Positions 1 through 11,200 of a stretch of 51,355 nt of DNA are shown piece by piece. Each line of letters begins with the position of its first letter. Position 1 is the first letter of the stretch. The stretch covers positions 1-51,355 of the IMG/VR virus record IMGVR_UViG_3300043540_000524. The stretch is one strand, 5' to 3'. The notes under the pieces are model-generated. The model saw only the letters and a list, made by a program, of their open reading frames with translations. It was not told where the DNA came from and searched no databases. The stretch is from a virus (taxonomy: Duplodnaviria > Caudoviricetes). The position numbers and the translations under genes were made by a program.

Positions 1-225
1 AGGCATTATAACCAAGAGCCATGGAATTGGTCAGGTTATTAACAGAGGCATCTGCGGACGTACCTAGGAATGTCATCTGGTTATACAAAACCTGAGCGCT
101 TCCTGCGGCCCAACCCATGATGGTATTTTGAGAGCCCGTGGTGGAAAGGACCCCCGTGTAAGATCCCAGCGATGCGTTATATGCTCCCGAGGTTAGGGCA
201 GCTAGTGATTTTCTTCCTAGAGCGA
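1..225. repeat. Terminal direct repeat, copy 1 (circular overlap)
   Basis: Identical to 51131-51355 except G98 vs A51228, a synonymous Ser codon change on the minus strand. Confidence 0.97.
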
Positions 226-1777
226 CGTTGTCGTGCCCTGTGGTAGCGGCAACTAAAGCCTGAGATCCTATTGCGGTATCAACGATAACTTCCCCAAAGG
301 AATTCGTTGTGCTAGGGACGGCAAGGTTTGCTGCTCTGTACCCAAAAGCCGTGTTGTTGGATTGGGTAGTGAGACTTCCTAAAGCACTTCGTCCCACCGC
401 TATGTTTTGAATACCCGTAGTTAGACCAAAAAGAGCAGATACAGCCATGGCCGTATTATCAGTGCCGTTAGTAGCGGTAAACAAGGCCCCCTCTCCGACA
501 GCAGTATTATTAGATCCGGTATTAATAGCTTGTCCGGCTAGTGTTCCTACGAGGGTATTGTTTATTCCGGAACTAACAGCGTACCCTGCCCTATTTCCAA
601 CGCCCACGTTGTTATTAGCGTTGTTGGTGAACAATGCCTGGTTTCCGAGGGCGGTGCTATTTAGTCCAGTGGTGTTGGTTCTTAAACTTTCCGCCCCGAA
701 GGAGGTGTTCCCAGATCCGGTAGTGGTGTGTTGCTGGGAGTTCCAGCCCACAGCGGTGTTATCGAAAGGGGTTGTCATTGACGAGAGGGCGTTTGTACCT
801 ATTCCTACTGCGCTGCCTCCCGTGTTCGTAAAATTACCTGCGTTATTGCCTAAATAAATAGCGTTGATACCAAAGGAATGCAGTATTGCCACCCCATCTT
901 GTACTAATTGTCCAACAGTACTAGTGGTAGTTGGGATGTTAATAACGCCTGTAGTGGAGATAGTCCCTTGGACGTCTAAGGAAACCGCAGGGGAGCTAGT
1001 GCCTACGCCTAATCTAAAGTTAGTGTCGTCCCAAAATAATTTGGCATTGTCTTGTGTTAGTCCCGTACCATTACCGAAAGGTATTGAGCCTGCGGTGAAA
1101 GCCTCTGACCCTGTAGTGATAGAGTGCTCTACTCCAGCAGAGTCTTGGTATACTAATAAATCGCCCGCTTTAAAATACAGGTAGTCGTTACCCGAGGGAG
1201 GGGGAGGGGTGGGTTTTGCTATTTGTGCAAACTGTATTGCCGCATTGGAAAGGGCTAATATTCCGGAGTTGGGTTGTAGGGTGAACTGTCCGTCCCCTAC
1301 GATTAGCAGGTCGTCGTTGGATTCTATTTTAAAACCCGTGCCACCTAAATAAAATAAGTTTAAATTGTTTCCGCTTCCGTCATTCAGGGAAAGTTCTGAG
1401 GCGTTTACAAGAGAGTGCTGGTTTAAATCGACGTCTTTATCAGCCCCACTAAAAGGAACAAAGGTGTCGCTATTTACTAGAATGGTAGCAGCGGCTACAT
1501 CAGCGGCAGTTTGTCCGCCTACTAGATTTACAGTGGTGGGAACAGATCCAGGACCTGTTGCAGTTACATCTCCAATGAGGGCATCAATAGCAATTGCGGC
1601 CCCGGGAGTAGCAATTGGAACCCATGAATGTGACGTTGTATTGTATGCGTATAGGGTATCGGTATCAAGTGCTATAGCTAGATCGCCACTATTTCCTACG
1701 AGAGGAAAATTGGCAGCCGTAGGGTATTTAGTGATAGAGTTTTCATTAGGATAGGACGAGTAAATTGGTGCAGACAT
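1..1777 (-). CDS. Tail fibre/receptor-binding protein, 5' part; continues across the join into 51130-50718 (~729 aa total)
   Basis: ATG at 1777 (MSAPIYSSYPNENSITKYPTAANFP...). Same frame as the 176 aa ORF at 51248 (= position 118). Contains [19 protein letters not shown] and many N-T-A-V-G-x-x-A-L beta-roll repeats. Absent from the ORF track because it runs off the edge. Confidence 0.85.
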   Translation of the reverse strand, partial: MSAPIYSSYPNENSITKYPTAANFPLVGNSGDLAIALDTDTLYAYNTTSHSWVPIATPGAAIAIDALIGDVTATGPGSVPTTVNLVGGQTAADVAAATILVNSDTFVPFSGADKDVDLNQHSLVNASELSLNDGSGNNLNLFYLGGTGFKIESNDDLLIVGDGQFTLQPNSGILALSNAAIQFAQIAKPTPPPPSGNDYLYFKAGDLLVYQDSAGVEHSITTGSEAFTAGSIPFGNGTGLTQDNAKLFWDDTNFRLGVGTSSPAVSLDVQGTISTTGVINIPTTTSTVGQLVQDGVAILHSFGINAIYLGNNAGNFTNTGGSAVGIGTNALSSMTTPFDNTAVGWNSQQHTTTGSGNTSFGAESLRTNTTGLNSTALGNQALFTNNANNNVGVGNRAGYAVSSGINNTLVGTLAGQAINTGSNNTAVGEGALFTATNGTDNTAMAVSALFGLTTGIQNIAVGRSALGSLTTQSNNTAFGYRAANLAVPSTTNSFGEVIVDTAIGSQALVAATTGHDNVALGRKSLAALTSGAYNASLGSYTGVLSTTGSQNTIMGWAAGSAQVLYNQMTFLGTSADASVNNLTNSMALGYNA

Positions 1778-1781
1778 GGTA

Positions 1782-2156
1782 TTAGATCACCTTTCCAGCA
1801 ACAGATACATTTAAAGTTCCTGAACCTGAGGTGAATACGTAGTGGAGTCGGATGAAAGCCGCTCCTGTACCGCGCACATCAAGCATCCCCATTCCAGCGC
1901 TTCCAGTGGCAGCAACGACATTAGTTAACACTAGAGGAACCCAGCTGCCCGTATTGTGCACATAAGAACCATCGGCATTATATTGGGCATCGTTACAAAC
2001 TTCGACGTTGAAAGTGCCTACGGGAACTCCGGTCCAATTTAAGTTGTAAGAGAGGAAGCTAACACCAGTTAAAATGGTGGGGGGGGAAATGACATCTGCC
2101 GTCATTGGGGCGTTTACGACTAGAGGGTGGTTTTTAATTAAAGGTCTTGACGACAT
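1782..2156 (-). CDS. Small beta-rich virion/tail protein
   Basis: 124 aa, AAGGAG RBS, directly upstream of the fibre gene. Confidence 0.6.
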   Translation of the reverse strand: MSSRPLIKNHPLVVNAPMTADVISPPTILTGVSFLSYNLNWTGVPVGTFNVEVCNDAQYNADGSYVHNTGSWVPLVLTNVVAATGSAGMGMLDVRGTGAAFIRLHYVFTSGSGTLNVSVAGKVI

Positions 2157-2207
2157 GTGGGGTGCTCCTTGTGGGTTAGCCGGGATCTCCGGGTAGCCTT
2201 AGTTATC

Positions 2208-2248
2208 TATAAAAGGGTGTTTTTGCAAGTTAGTTAATAATTATAATA
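2208..2248 (-). promoter_or_regulatory. 41-bp intergenic repeat, copy 1 (candidate late promoter/operator)
   Basis: TATAAAAGGGTGTTTTTGCAAGTTAGTTAATAATTATAATA, identical at 28313-28353; both copies lie upstream of minus-strand structural genes. Confidence 0.65.
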
Positions 2249-2250
2249 AC

Positions 2251-5094
2251 TTATCTAAGTCCTGAGGTGAGTTTTTGTCCTCTGGTTAGATAAGACTCTG
2301 AAATTGAAAGTTTTGTTAAAGAACCCTTATGTCCACCCTTCCCAATACTTTGTGGGGAAGGAGGGGGTTGTGGTATTGAATAAACTGATTGAATTTGCTG
2401 AATATTAAGTCCTTTGTTTGTCAAAGGAATTCCTAAGAACTTGCTAATAGTTACCTTGTTCTCGTAGGGCATGGATTGTAGTTTATCAGCCTTATTTGTT
2501 ATGTGTGTGGCAAGAGATTGCTGCATTTCTTTTAAGAGATCCGGATGAACTGCTTGAATTGCCTGCAACTTACTTTGATTGAGGATTCCTACTCTTAGAT
2601 CTTTAAGTATGGAGACAGGGCTTACAATGCCTTGGTAGGAATTTACAACGCGTGCTATTTCTTGAGGGTTTGGTTTGTATTCGGTGTCTAGGAGGCCTTT
2701 GGACTTACTGGGGATAACTGACGTCATGTACTGGTTTGCGTTGGCGATGGTTTGTTGCATGGCTTGTGTCACTTGAGGCATATGGGGATGCAACGCGGCG
2801 GTACTTCTATCCAGGTGCCCATAGAGCCCATCTGGACCGTCCTGCACCTTTTGTACATTGCCCACTATTTTATCATACTGATCTTGCATGTCATTTGAGG
2901 CAACTACTGAAGAAGCGACGGCATCAGAAAAGGGAACTGCGGAAGATACGAGGGCTTTTGTTCCGGCAGAAATAGCCCTGGCCGATTTGAGAGCCAGTGT
3001 TTCAACCTGCATGAGGGCACTGACTGTTCTAGTTTCAGTACCGCCAATGGCTTTCTGTACTGCCTTAAGCCCTGCCCAATCAGTGGCGTTTTGCAAAGCC
3101 CCTTTTACAGGATGTCTTATTAGATTAATTCCAGAAAGAACTGAAGAAGCAGGTTCTACTCGGTACCCGCCCTTACCAAAAGCATCTAGGTATGTTTTTG
3201 CTGCATTTAGCGTTTTAATATCTCCATCTGAAAACATTAAGTTTTTTACTTCTGGAGAGAACTTATTAATCTCTTTTAGTACTTTAGAGGGATCTATTCT
3301 TCCATCAAAAATAGCTTTCTCAACAATCTTTGATTTCTGATTGTCGAGCATTGAATTGAGAGCATCAGGGAATTGTTCTTGCATGAAGTTTAAAAACTCT
3401 GGGTCTTTCTTAGTGAAAAGACGGTTTGCAAGTTTGGTAGGAGTTAGATCGTTAATAAAATTTAGGAAGTCTTGGGGTCCATAGATGCGTTTCTTACCGG
3501 CAGCTTCCCCTACTTCACCAAACTTGTTCATGAGCTCTGAGTACTTTTGATTTACTAGAACACGTTGTGCTGGGAAGTTTTTTAAGTCTTGCAATAATTC
3601 TGGGGGGAAGTCAGGATCTGAGGAAAGGGCATCATGTAAACCATCAATTGTGGACTCTTCTAATTTAGCAACTGCATCGTTGATAACGTTAGCTGCATGT
3701 CGTAGATTAGGTTGTCCTAGAACTGCCTGATTAACACCAGTTCTAATAGCTCTAACTTGTGATAGGGTAGTTGCGTCTGCCAAACTCGAAGCGGCATTTT
3801 TTACAATCTGTGATGCAGGAGAGTTCTGAAGAGCGTGTATTTCTTCGTTACTAAGAAGGTCATTGACAGTGCTTTTAACATTTTCTGGATTAAGAGAAAT
3901 TGCTTTTCCGCTCGTCTCTAGTTCATTGAATAAGGGCTTTAGGGGTTCGTACTCGGATTGGAATTTGTCGGTCAAATCTTTTTGTAGCTTTTGTCCAAGT
4001 TCGTGGTCCGTTAAAGGGGCTTCTTTAGGAGTTACAATTTCCCCTACTTTATTCTCAACTGAGTCTAAGGATTGGTCAACGGCCCTAGCTCTAGACATAC
4101 CAATAGTCGTGGGTGAAGCTCTAAGATCTCTACCAAAGCTTTGGATACCAGGATCGGCAGCTAGTTGTTCTTCAAACGCAGGAACTCCTAATTGGGCCGC
4201 CGCGTCTTTAATCTCCGGAGCGTTGTCCTTCAGAGACGCCATCTTTTCTATATATGAGGATTTTTGTGAAGGAGGTAGAGCAGATTGTGCTATGACATCT
4301 ACCATAGAGGAAGGTTCTTTTCCAACTATTCCGTCCATGGTATTTTTGAGATCTCCGACGAGAGATCCCACTTCATTTTTGTATGGGTTTGGGAGGATTG
4401 AACCAAGGGCTGCACCAAAGAGAGCCGACTGTCCTATTTGTGAAAGAGCGTGCTGGGCAACGAGGTGTGGGTCCCCAAGGGCTGCTTCACTAACTTGATT
4501 TGCCCCGCCATAGAGAGCGCCCTCCAGAGCACTACCTGCTACTTTAGGGGCAACACCAGAGAGGATGCGGCTCGCAAGCCCTGCTTCCGGAGACGCAGCA
4601 ACAGCACCACGAACGGCACTGGAGGCTAGATTACCGGCTTTTGAAATAGCAGAAGGGGCTCCAACCCCAGAAAGAATACCTGCACCAATAGAACCCAACT
4701 CTCCGACACCACTGGCAATAGGGTTATACTCTTTTAATTTTGCAAGAGTTTCTTTATCAACTCCGAGATGTGGGAGGATAAGATCTGAGGTTCCAAAAGT
4801 TAATCCCCTAAGGGCTCCAGCACTTGTAGCGGCAGCAACATTTTGTGCCCCTTCCCCATATTGAATCTTCTCATTATGTGTGGTGATGTCTTTTGAAGTT
4901 GGGAAAGAAAACCCTTTTCCAATAACATTTGGAATTTGATCAGAAGGAACACTTACTAAATCCCCATCCTCATTTTTTAAAGGAAGGGAAGCATCTTTTG
5001 GTAGAGTGTGAGTTCCTGCTTGAAAGGTAGAGGGTAATTGATCGTAATCAATATTCTCTTGCTTCCCTGTCTGATTATTTATTAAATTAGGCAT
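2251..5094 (-). CDS. Large internal virion (ejection) protein
   Basis: 947 aa, Ala/Gly-rich hydrophobic N-terminal third (GALRGLTFG motif) and helical remainder; last of three genes after the nozzle, as in podoviruses. Confidence 0.65.
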   Translation of the reverse strand: MPNLINNQTGKQENIDYDQLPSTFQAGTHTLPKDASLPLKNEDGDLVSVPSDQIPNVIGKGFSFPTSKDITTHNEKIQYGEGAQNVAAATSAGALRGLTFGTSDLILPHLGVDKETLAKLKEYNPIASGVGELGSIGAGILSGVGAPSAISKAGNLASSAVRGAVAASPEAGLASRILSGVAPKVAGSALEGALYGGANQVSEAALGDPHLVAQHALSQIGQSALFGAALGSILPNPYKNEVGSLVGDLKNTMDGIVGKEPSSMVDVIAQSALPPSQKSSYIEKMASLKDNAPEIKDAAAQLGVPAFEEQLAADPGIQSFGRDLRASPTTIGMSRARAVDQSLDSVENKVGEIVTPKEAPLTDHELGQKLQKDLTDKFQSEYEPLKPLFNELETSGKAISLNPENVKSTVNDLLSNEEIHALQNSPASQIVKNAASSLADATTLSQVRAIRTGVNQAVLGQPNLRHAANVINDAVAKLEESTIDGLHDALSSDPDFPPELLQDLKNFPAQRVLVNQKYSELMNKFGEVGEAAGKKRIYGPQDFLNFINDLTPTKLANRLFTKKDPEFLNFMQEQFPDALNSMLDNQKSKIVEKAIFDGRIDPSKVLKEINKFSPEVKNLMFSDGDIKTLNAAKTYLDAFGKGGYRVEPASSVLSGINLIRHPVKGALQNATDWAGLKAVQKAIGGTETRTVSALMQVETLALKSARAISAGTKALVSSAVPFSDAVASSVVASNDMQDQYDKIVGNVQKVQDGPDGLYGHLDRSTAALHPHMPQVTQAMQQTIANANQYMTSVIPSKSKGLLDTEYKPNPQEIARVVNSYQGIVSPVSILKDLRVGILNQSKLQAIQAVHPDLLKEMQQSLATHITNKADKLQSMPYENKVTISKFLGIPLTNKGLNIQQIQSVYSIPQPPPSPQSIGKGGHKGSLTKLSISESYLTRGQKLTSGLR

Positions 5095-5097
5095 ATT

Positions 5098-6789
5098 TTA
5101 TTTTATGGGTGTAGTTATTTGTGGGAAATTGTATTTGGGAGCTGGACGATTATTTACCCATTGGTCTATTAAAGGGGTAGGCACTGATTGTGTTTGTATA
5201 TAATTTATAAGACCTTGCGTTTTCTTTTTAGCCGTCTCTGCATTATCTTTTAAACTTATTTCATAAGGTTGTATTTCAGCCTTAGCGCTATATTCTGTTA
5301 ATCTCTTGGATGGATTTAATTCCATAACTAAGGGATAAAGGCGAGCATTCAAGGCATCAATTTGTTCTTTAGATTGAATAGGGTTCAGCACTCTATTACT
5401 AACAGTTTGCAATTTATTAACTTGATCTTGAATATCTTGGGCCGCTTGAAGTGCATTCTGTTTTGTTTTGTAAGCAACATATTGCTTTTCTGCTTGTTCA
5501 GCAACAGGAGCTTGTCCCACTTGCCTTAATTGATTAATGCGCTGCTGAACGGCATCTTCTTGCCCGCCTTGTGCGCCCTTACCATTAATAAGATCCTGAC
5601 TAATACCATACATTGCTTGTTGCTGGGCAATACCTGCTTGTTGGGCTTTTAGCTGGCCATTCAAATTAATAGCATTCTGTTTAGAAATATCTGAATTCGC
5701 ATTAGCTGCCGCTTGTTGTATTTGTGACTGGGCCTGGGACAAGGACATCATTTTAGATAAGTTCATAGCCGTATCTAAATTACCTGTCTGTTTGTAAATG
5801 TTACTAAGGAGACTTTCTTTTCTACCAAGTTCTAGCTTTTGTCGTTGCAGGTCGTCATCAATTGCCTTATTAATTAATTGTAAGCCCATGTTTTGCGCGT
5901 CGTGATTGCCCCCGGCCATTTGCAAGCCCTGCCCAATAGCCCCGAGCCCAATAGTCAAAGCACCAGCAATTTTATTAGCCGTGGTTTGTTTAGACCAATA
6001 TGGCTCTATTTTATAGTTAGCAAGGTCTTGGGTGTATTGATCGGCAGCGTTAACTAGATGCGCATGCTGAGTTTGATATGAATCTTGTAGTTGTTTTTCG
6101 TTTTGAGCAAGATTTCCTAGAATCTGGGCCGTTTGTTTATTTTGAGTGGCTTGCGCTTGTCCTACAGCGGTATTAGCTCCGGCTCGTTCTGCAAAACTTT
6201 GGGCAAATAAATCTGAAGGATTCCCCATAGCTGTATTAGAGTTGAAGGGATTTTGAGACGCACTGGATTGATCTGCTTGTTCGGGAGCTTTGAAGGCTGC
6301 CCCTGGTTCTGCGCTTTCTTGCTCCGGAGCTCCTATACCAGGAAACATACCAGAACTCTGATCGGGCACAGAGGGCTGTGACAACTGGTCGGCGGGAACT
6401 TCTGTTTCTGGCAAACCGCCGTTGGGTTGTGATAAATTAACTCCATCGTCAGTACCAACAACTGCTCCTTTACCAACACCAACTTCAGGAACTACTTCCG
6501 CTTCTCCACCATCAGCAAATGCTTGTGACTTTGGTTTTTTGGGAAGTCCGAAGGAATTATTGAAACTATCTTGAACTTGCTTAGCTTTATTGGGATCAAT
6601 TGGTAATTGGGGGTCTTGTGGAGCTGTTGCTTCTCCCCCATCTGCCAGTTTAGGAATGGAGCGAATCTTTTTAAAGATCTCCTCACTCACGTGAGCTTTT
6701 GCAATATTGAGAGGTTTTCCCGTAGATTCATCATGGAGTTCAAAATGAGTTGGGTGTTCTTTAATTAATTTAAAAGATTTAATGTTCAT
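5098..6789 (-). CDS. Internal virion (ejection) protein
   Basis: 563 aa, Gln/Ala-rich helical, one hydrophobic Gly-rich segment, two ADGG motifs. Confidence 0.6.
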   Translation of the reverse strand: MNIKSFKLIKEHPTHFELHDESTGKPLNIAKAHVSEEIFKKIRSIPKLADGGEATAPQDPQLPIDPNKAKQVQDSFNNSFGLPKKPKSQAFADGGEAEVVPEVGVGKGAVVGTDDGVNLSQPNGGLPETEVPADQLSQPSVPDQSSGMFPGIGAPEQESAEPGAAFKAPEQADQSSASQNPFNSNTAMGNPSDLFAQSFAERAGANTAVGQAQATQNKQTAQILGNLAQNEKQLQDSYQTQHAHLVNAADQYTQDLANYKIEPYWSKQTTANKIAGALTIGLGAIGQGLQMAGGNHDAQNMGLQLINKAIDDDLQRQKLELGRKESLLSNIYKQTGNLDTAMNLSKMMSLSQAQSQIQQAAANANSDISKQNAINLNGQLKAQQAGIAQQQAMYGISQDLINGKGAQGGQEDAVQQRINQLRQVGQAPVAEQAEKQYVAYKTKQNALQAAQDIQDQVNKLQTVSNRVLNPIQSKEQIDALNARLYPLVMELNPSKRLTEYSAKAEIQPYEISLKDNAETAKKKTQGLINYIQTQSVPTPLIDQWVNNRPAPKYNFPQITTPIK

Positions 6790-6791
6790 GA

Positions 6792-7841
6792 TTATTTACT
6801 CATTTTTCTTTTTGCAGCAACCACTTTGCCAAAAGAACCCTTGGAGTTTAAAATAGCCTCTACGAATTTCTTGGCTTTATCTGGAGCATCAGAAGACATA
6901 GTAACACTTCTAGGAAGGACAATTTCTTTAGGAGATAGGACTGCAGGAATGGTGTCGTTCTTGTAAGAATCTCCTTTTACTTTAGCTTCTCCAGGGACGT
7001 GGCCTCCAGATTTCATATCTACTCGGCCGCCCTTGGCTAGAAGTGCTAGTAAGGGGAGGAGGCTGGCAAGTCCCCCGCCCGCCATGTGCGCTTCCCCGCC
7101 TTCTGCAAAAGCGGAAGCAAGACTCGATACTCCACTGTCGGACATATCGGCTATTCCTCCCTCCGCACTGCTATCACCGCCAACACCAATCATGCCTGCG
7201 CCGGCGTTTGAAAAGGGCGTGAGGGCATTAAAAATAGATCCTAGTACTTGGTTCCTTGAGGAGACGTTCGCTTTTTGGGCAGCTAGATTTTGGGAGTTTT
7301 GTCCACTAAGAGCATTTTGCAATAATCCTTGTTGTTGTAGATTTTGACCACCAACTAAGTTCTGCTGATTTTGTGTTTGCCTAATCTGGGAGTTATATAA
7401 ATTCCCAAGAGCATTCTGTGCTGCTAATTGCTGCTGAGCTCCTAAAGTACCTGCTTGTCCTGCTGCTTGTTGTTGAATTTGAGCTCCTTGCTGTGCCGCA
7501 AGTCTGCCAGCAAGTCCCGGATTAATACCCTTACTACCAGCAATTTGTGCTGCAGTATTTGCAACGTTTTGCCCAGTTGCCTGGTTGAGTTGGTTTAGTG
7601 CCGGGTTTGGTCCTCCGCCGGCCGCTTGTTGTTGCAAGTTACCAGAAAGAGTGTTTAACCCCTGTGTGGCCCCCTGTGCATTTTGAGTCAGGGCATCTAG
7701 AAAAGATTGCTGTTGCCCTGTAATACCTTGCTGGGTATTGTAGGCATTCTGTGCCTCTGAACCAAGTTGTGCTTGCCCTTGGTATGGGATGGTGCCTTGG
7801 ATTGTATTATTGCCTATGATGGCATCTGCTAAAAATCCCAT
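6792..7841 (-). CDS. Internal virion (ejection/pilot) protein
   Basis: 349 aa, Q/G/A-rich; C-terminal GGHVPG...DTIPAVLSPKEIVLP motif of the kind seen in phage tape-measure/ejection proteins. Confidence 0.65.
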   Translation of the reverse strand: MGFLADAIIGNNTIQGTIPYQGQAQLGSEAQNAYNTQQGITGQQQSFLDALTQNAQGATQGLNTLSGNLQQQAAGGGPNPALNQLNQATGQNVANTAAQIAGSKGINPGLAGRLAAQQGAQIQQQAAGQAGTLGAQQQLAAQNALGNLYNSQIRQTQNQQNLVGGQNLQQQGLLQNALSGQNSQNLAAQKANVSSRNQVLGSIFNALTPFSNAGAGMIGVGGDSSAEGGIADMSDSGVSSLASAFAEGGEAHMAGGGLASLLPLLALLAKGGRVDMKSGGHVPGEAKVKGDSYKNDTIPAVLSPKEIVLPRSVTMSSDAPDKAKKFVEAILNSKGSFGKVVAAKRKMSK

Positions 7842-7842
7842 A

Positions 7843-8229
7843 TTAAGATCTCCTATTAATTTCTTTCATGAATGTTGAGTAAGAGAGAAGGGTGAAATCT
7901 TCCCCATTTAAAAATTGCTTAACACTGTTATGTTGCGTAAGTGCCAGTAATTTTGTATACTGGGCGTTCTTTGCAAATTCTATAATCTTTGCGTATAGCA
8001 TGTCTATTGCTACATCCCTCTCTAACGGTGAGGCATCCTTATTCGAAATGAGTCCTTCAATGATCGCAAATGAAGAATCTGTTTGATAAAGAAAAACAGC
8101 AGCAACATCTTCAACGATAAAACCAATTTCTGGGTAGTCGTAAGGTTCTGGGGATCTAATTCCTCGATCTTCATACCACTTCTCCACTTCAAAGATATCG
8201 TCTGGTCTGATTTTTCTAGCGTCTCGCAT
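7843..8229 (-). CDS. GNAT-like acetyltransferase-fold protein
   Basis: ATG at 8229 with AAAGGA RBS; FLYQTDSSFAIIEGLISN pattern; position between nozzle and ejection genes is typical of podoviruses. Confidence 0.5.
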   Translation of the reverse strand: MRDARKIRPDDIFEVEKWYEDRGIRSPEPYDYPEIGFIVEDVAAVFLYQTDSSFAIIEGLISNKDASPLERDVAIDMLYAKIIEFAKNAQYTKLLALTQHNSVKQFLNGEDFTLLSYSTFMKEINRRS

Positions 8230-8239
8230 CTTAATCCTT

Positions 8240-11200
8240 TTAAGAAATAATTTGACTCGGTCCCACTTTGTTGAGACCTTGTTTAACACCGGCAATAACC
8301 GTAATTCCAGAAAGACTTAATCCTTCACCATAAGGGGCACTTTGAGAATCTTGTATTGTTAATTGAATTGCTTGGCACTTCTGTTGTATGAGATCCAGTC
8401 TCCATTGTTCAGTAGGAGCAGGGCCTCCGTAAAGTCCGTTGTTGCCATAAACATTACCTTGTCCGTAGATGTTTCCACCACCAAATAGGGCGGTTGCATT
8501 TGCGCTAACTTGCTGGGTAACTCCTGGATTAAAGTCATAGGCTACTGATACTACTAGGTTATGTGGGGACTTATACGTACCCAGGATATAGATCTTATAG
8601 CAGCGCTGATATCCTTGCAGTCCAGCTAGTTGAAGCCACGAGGTAGTTACCTTAAGTGGGATAAATTGCCCATTATCTGTGAATTGTCCAGGTGTTTCCT
8701 GGTACACAGTCCCATTAGGATTAAAGTAAGTAAAAAGATCTTGGAAAATAACTGCGTCTGATGCATGCTGATTAGTGAAAGTACTCCACTGCTTGTAGTA
8801 GTAGTCATACATCAACGTAGTGCCAGACTCTAGGGTAAACCTAACCTGGTTCGTATTGGGAATCAGAATAGAAGACGTAATCGTCTGGGTATTAAATGGC
8901 TCTACCTCAGCTCCGATATATGACGTACTAAGGCCGCGATCCAGAAGATAAATACCCTTGGAACTCTGAAACATTAGTCCTATGGGCATAGTGGCTATCG
9001 AGTTCTGGTTCTGGCAGCCGGCATCTGTTGTAATCAAGAATGGGGTAGAGAAGTCGTTGTTGTTTCCCGTTGAATTTGGTCCCTGCCCCGCAAAATAGAA
9101 GATAGAATTGGTTTTGAATACAATGAATTTATCATCCAGAGTGAAAATTGAGGTAATGAAACCCTCTCTTGGATCAATAAAGTTTGTAAGAGAATCATTA
9201 AACTGAACAGGACTTCCAGGAACTACCTGCTGAGAGTACCAGATAGTGTTTAAATCTTCTGCAGATACTAACATAACACGATTATTGTAGGTTGTCAAGA
9301 GATTTGTTGCAGGAGCACAAATATTTTCTAGTACTCCGCCCGTAGTATAGAGCAATTCGTTACCAATGAGAGCTAAATCGGGCACGTTATCTACGATTGT
9401 CACTGTATCAACAGTAGTGTCGTTATAAGTAGGGGTTTGTACTGGGTTTACTCGATAAAAAATGGTTCCATTGGCCGTGGTTCGGTAAAGTACTATATTA
9501 ACTGGGGTTCTTGGGGCTACTTTTTGGGTAATTCTAAGGGTGTCTATAACTACAGAATTAGAGTTAGTGTCTGTGGTTGAAATAGAGCTTAGGGCATTTG
9601 AGCTCATGGTGAGGGAGTTGGTGGAGAGAGTTGCTATCGTTGCACCGGGTTGAATTCCCGGCCCGTAAAGCATCATGCCCACATATAAATCACTAGTATT
9701 AGCAATATTAGTGAGGGAATTGGACCCTGAGGTTATTGTGGCAGTGAAAGTAATACTAGGAGTCTGCGTTAGGACAGTAACAGTATTGGGGGTAGATATT
9801 GCAGGTAGACTTAAGGTAACTGTACTGCCAGAAATAGCGGTAATAGAGGTCAGGGGTTGCAAATCAAGACCTGACAGGACCTGCCCAATAAATAGCCCTG
9901 CTGTTGAGGATACGGCAGTGAGCACCTTCGATCCAGGGGTAGAAGTTGCTGTAAACACTACCGGAGTTCCTTGTGCAAAGTTCACTGTTAAAGGAACACT
10001 AGGAGCACTTCTATGTATATTTCCTTGTTGATCAGTCCATTCGTACGTGGCACTATATTGCCATTGCGGCTGCTCTACTAAGGAACCCCACCCAATTCCT
10101 CCACCACTAGATGTGACAGTGTTGGTAGGGGTTTCGGGGTATAAGAAAAACCCGTGTTCAATCACCGAGACCCCATCATACATAGAGAGGATTCCCCCTG
10201 AGATATGTAAGTTGGAACCAAGAGTGACCGAACTAAAATTAGAATTAGAAGAGAAATCAATACTTGCTTGATTTACTCCTGTTTGTGTGTAGATATTTCC
10301 GCTTTGTGCCTCAAGAAGATCTTTTACTAGATAGGCAACTTCAAACTTTGTTGCAGAAACACTGTTTACTTGTGGTAGGAGAGACTTTGCAGTTAATCCT
10401 CCTGCGTTTTGGTAGGCAATTTTTGTAATTACCCGCCCTAAACTATTCACAATGAAATATACGGGTTGTAGCTGTGAACTATAAGTAACTCCCAAGTATA
10501 TTATCCCATTGTATTGAAAACACTTTGCCCATAGACCAACAGATCTAAGAAACACTGAAGGAGTTCCCACAGTTCCCGTAGAGGTCCCAGTGTTCATTCT
10601 CACTATAGTGTTATAAGATATGGTATTTGAAACTTCATAGAAGATAGTGCCAGTAGTACCTATTACTGTGCCCGTAATATTTCTAACATTTGAAAGAGTT
10701 TCCAACGTAGTCCAAGAACCAAGCGGAGGAGTTCCTTGCAGACTAATGTTTTGTACTGTATATGCTATTGTCGTTCCATCGTAGGCAGCAATCCAAACAT
10801 ACTGTGCCATTGGATCACTAAAAATATTTATTGCAATAGATGCACTGTGCCCTGGAACTACTAAGGTGGAGGACTCAGAAAGAAATGCATTGATATAGCA
10901 AGTAGAGACACTACCACTAGCATTATTCCAAGCAAAGAATACGTTTCCATTTTTGGGATTAAGAACTGCGGCATCATAGACCGGATTACCAGCATTTAGT
11001 GTGGTGGTTATATCAACAGGGGCTTGAGGGCTCATGGGAGTTGCCACAGGAATTGCAATTCTTCTAAGCCTATTTAAACTTGTATCTACATAGGAGATTA
11101 GAAAGTATAGGCCGACGGCGTTTACCTTAGGGCTTTTAGCAACTGATCCTAAAGAAACAGAAGATACTATGATTTGATCGGTATTAGAATCAATGATAGA

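Noticed and set aside
1-225. Terminal repeat as a biological DTR
   Set aside because: It falls in the middle of a tail-fibre gene that reads through the join, so it is better explained as assembly overlap of a circular or permuted genome.
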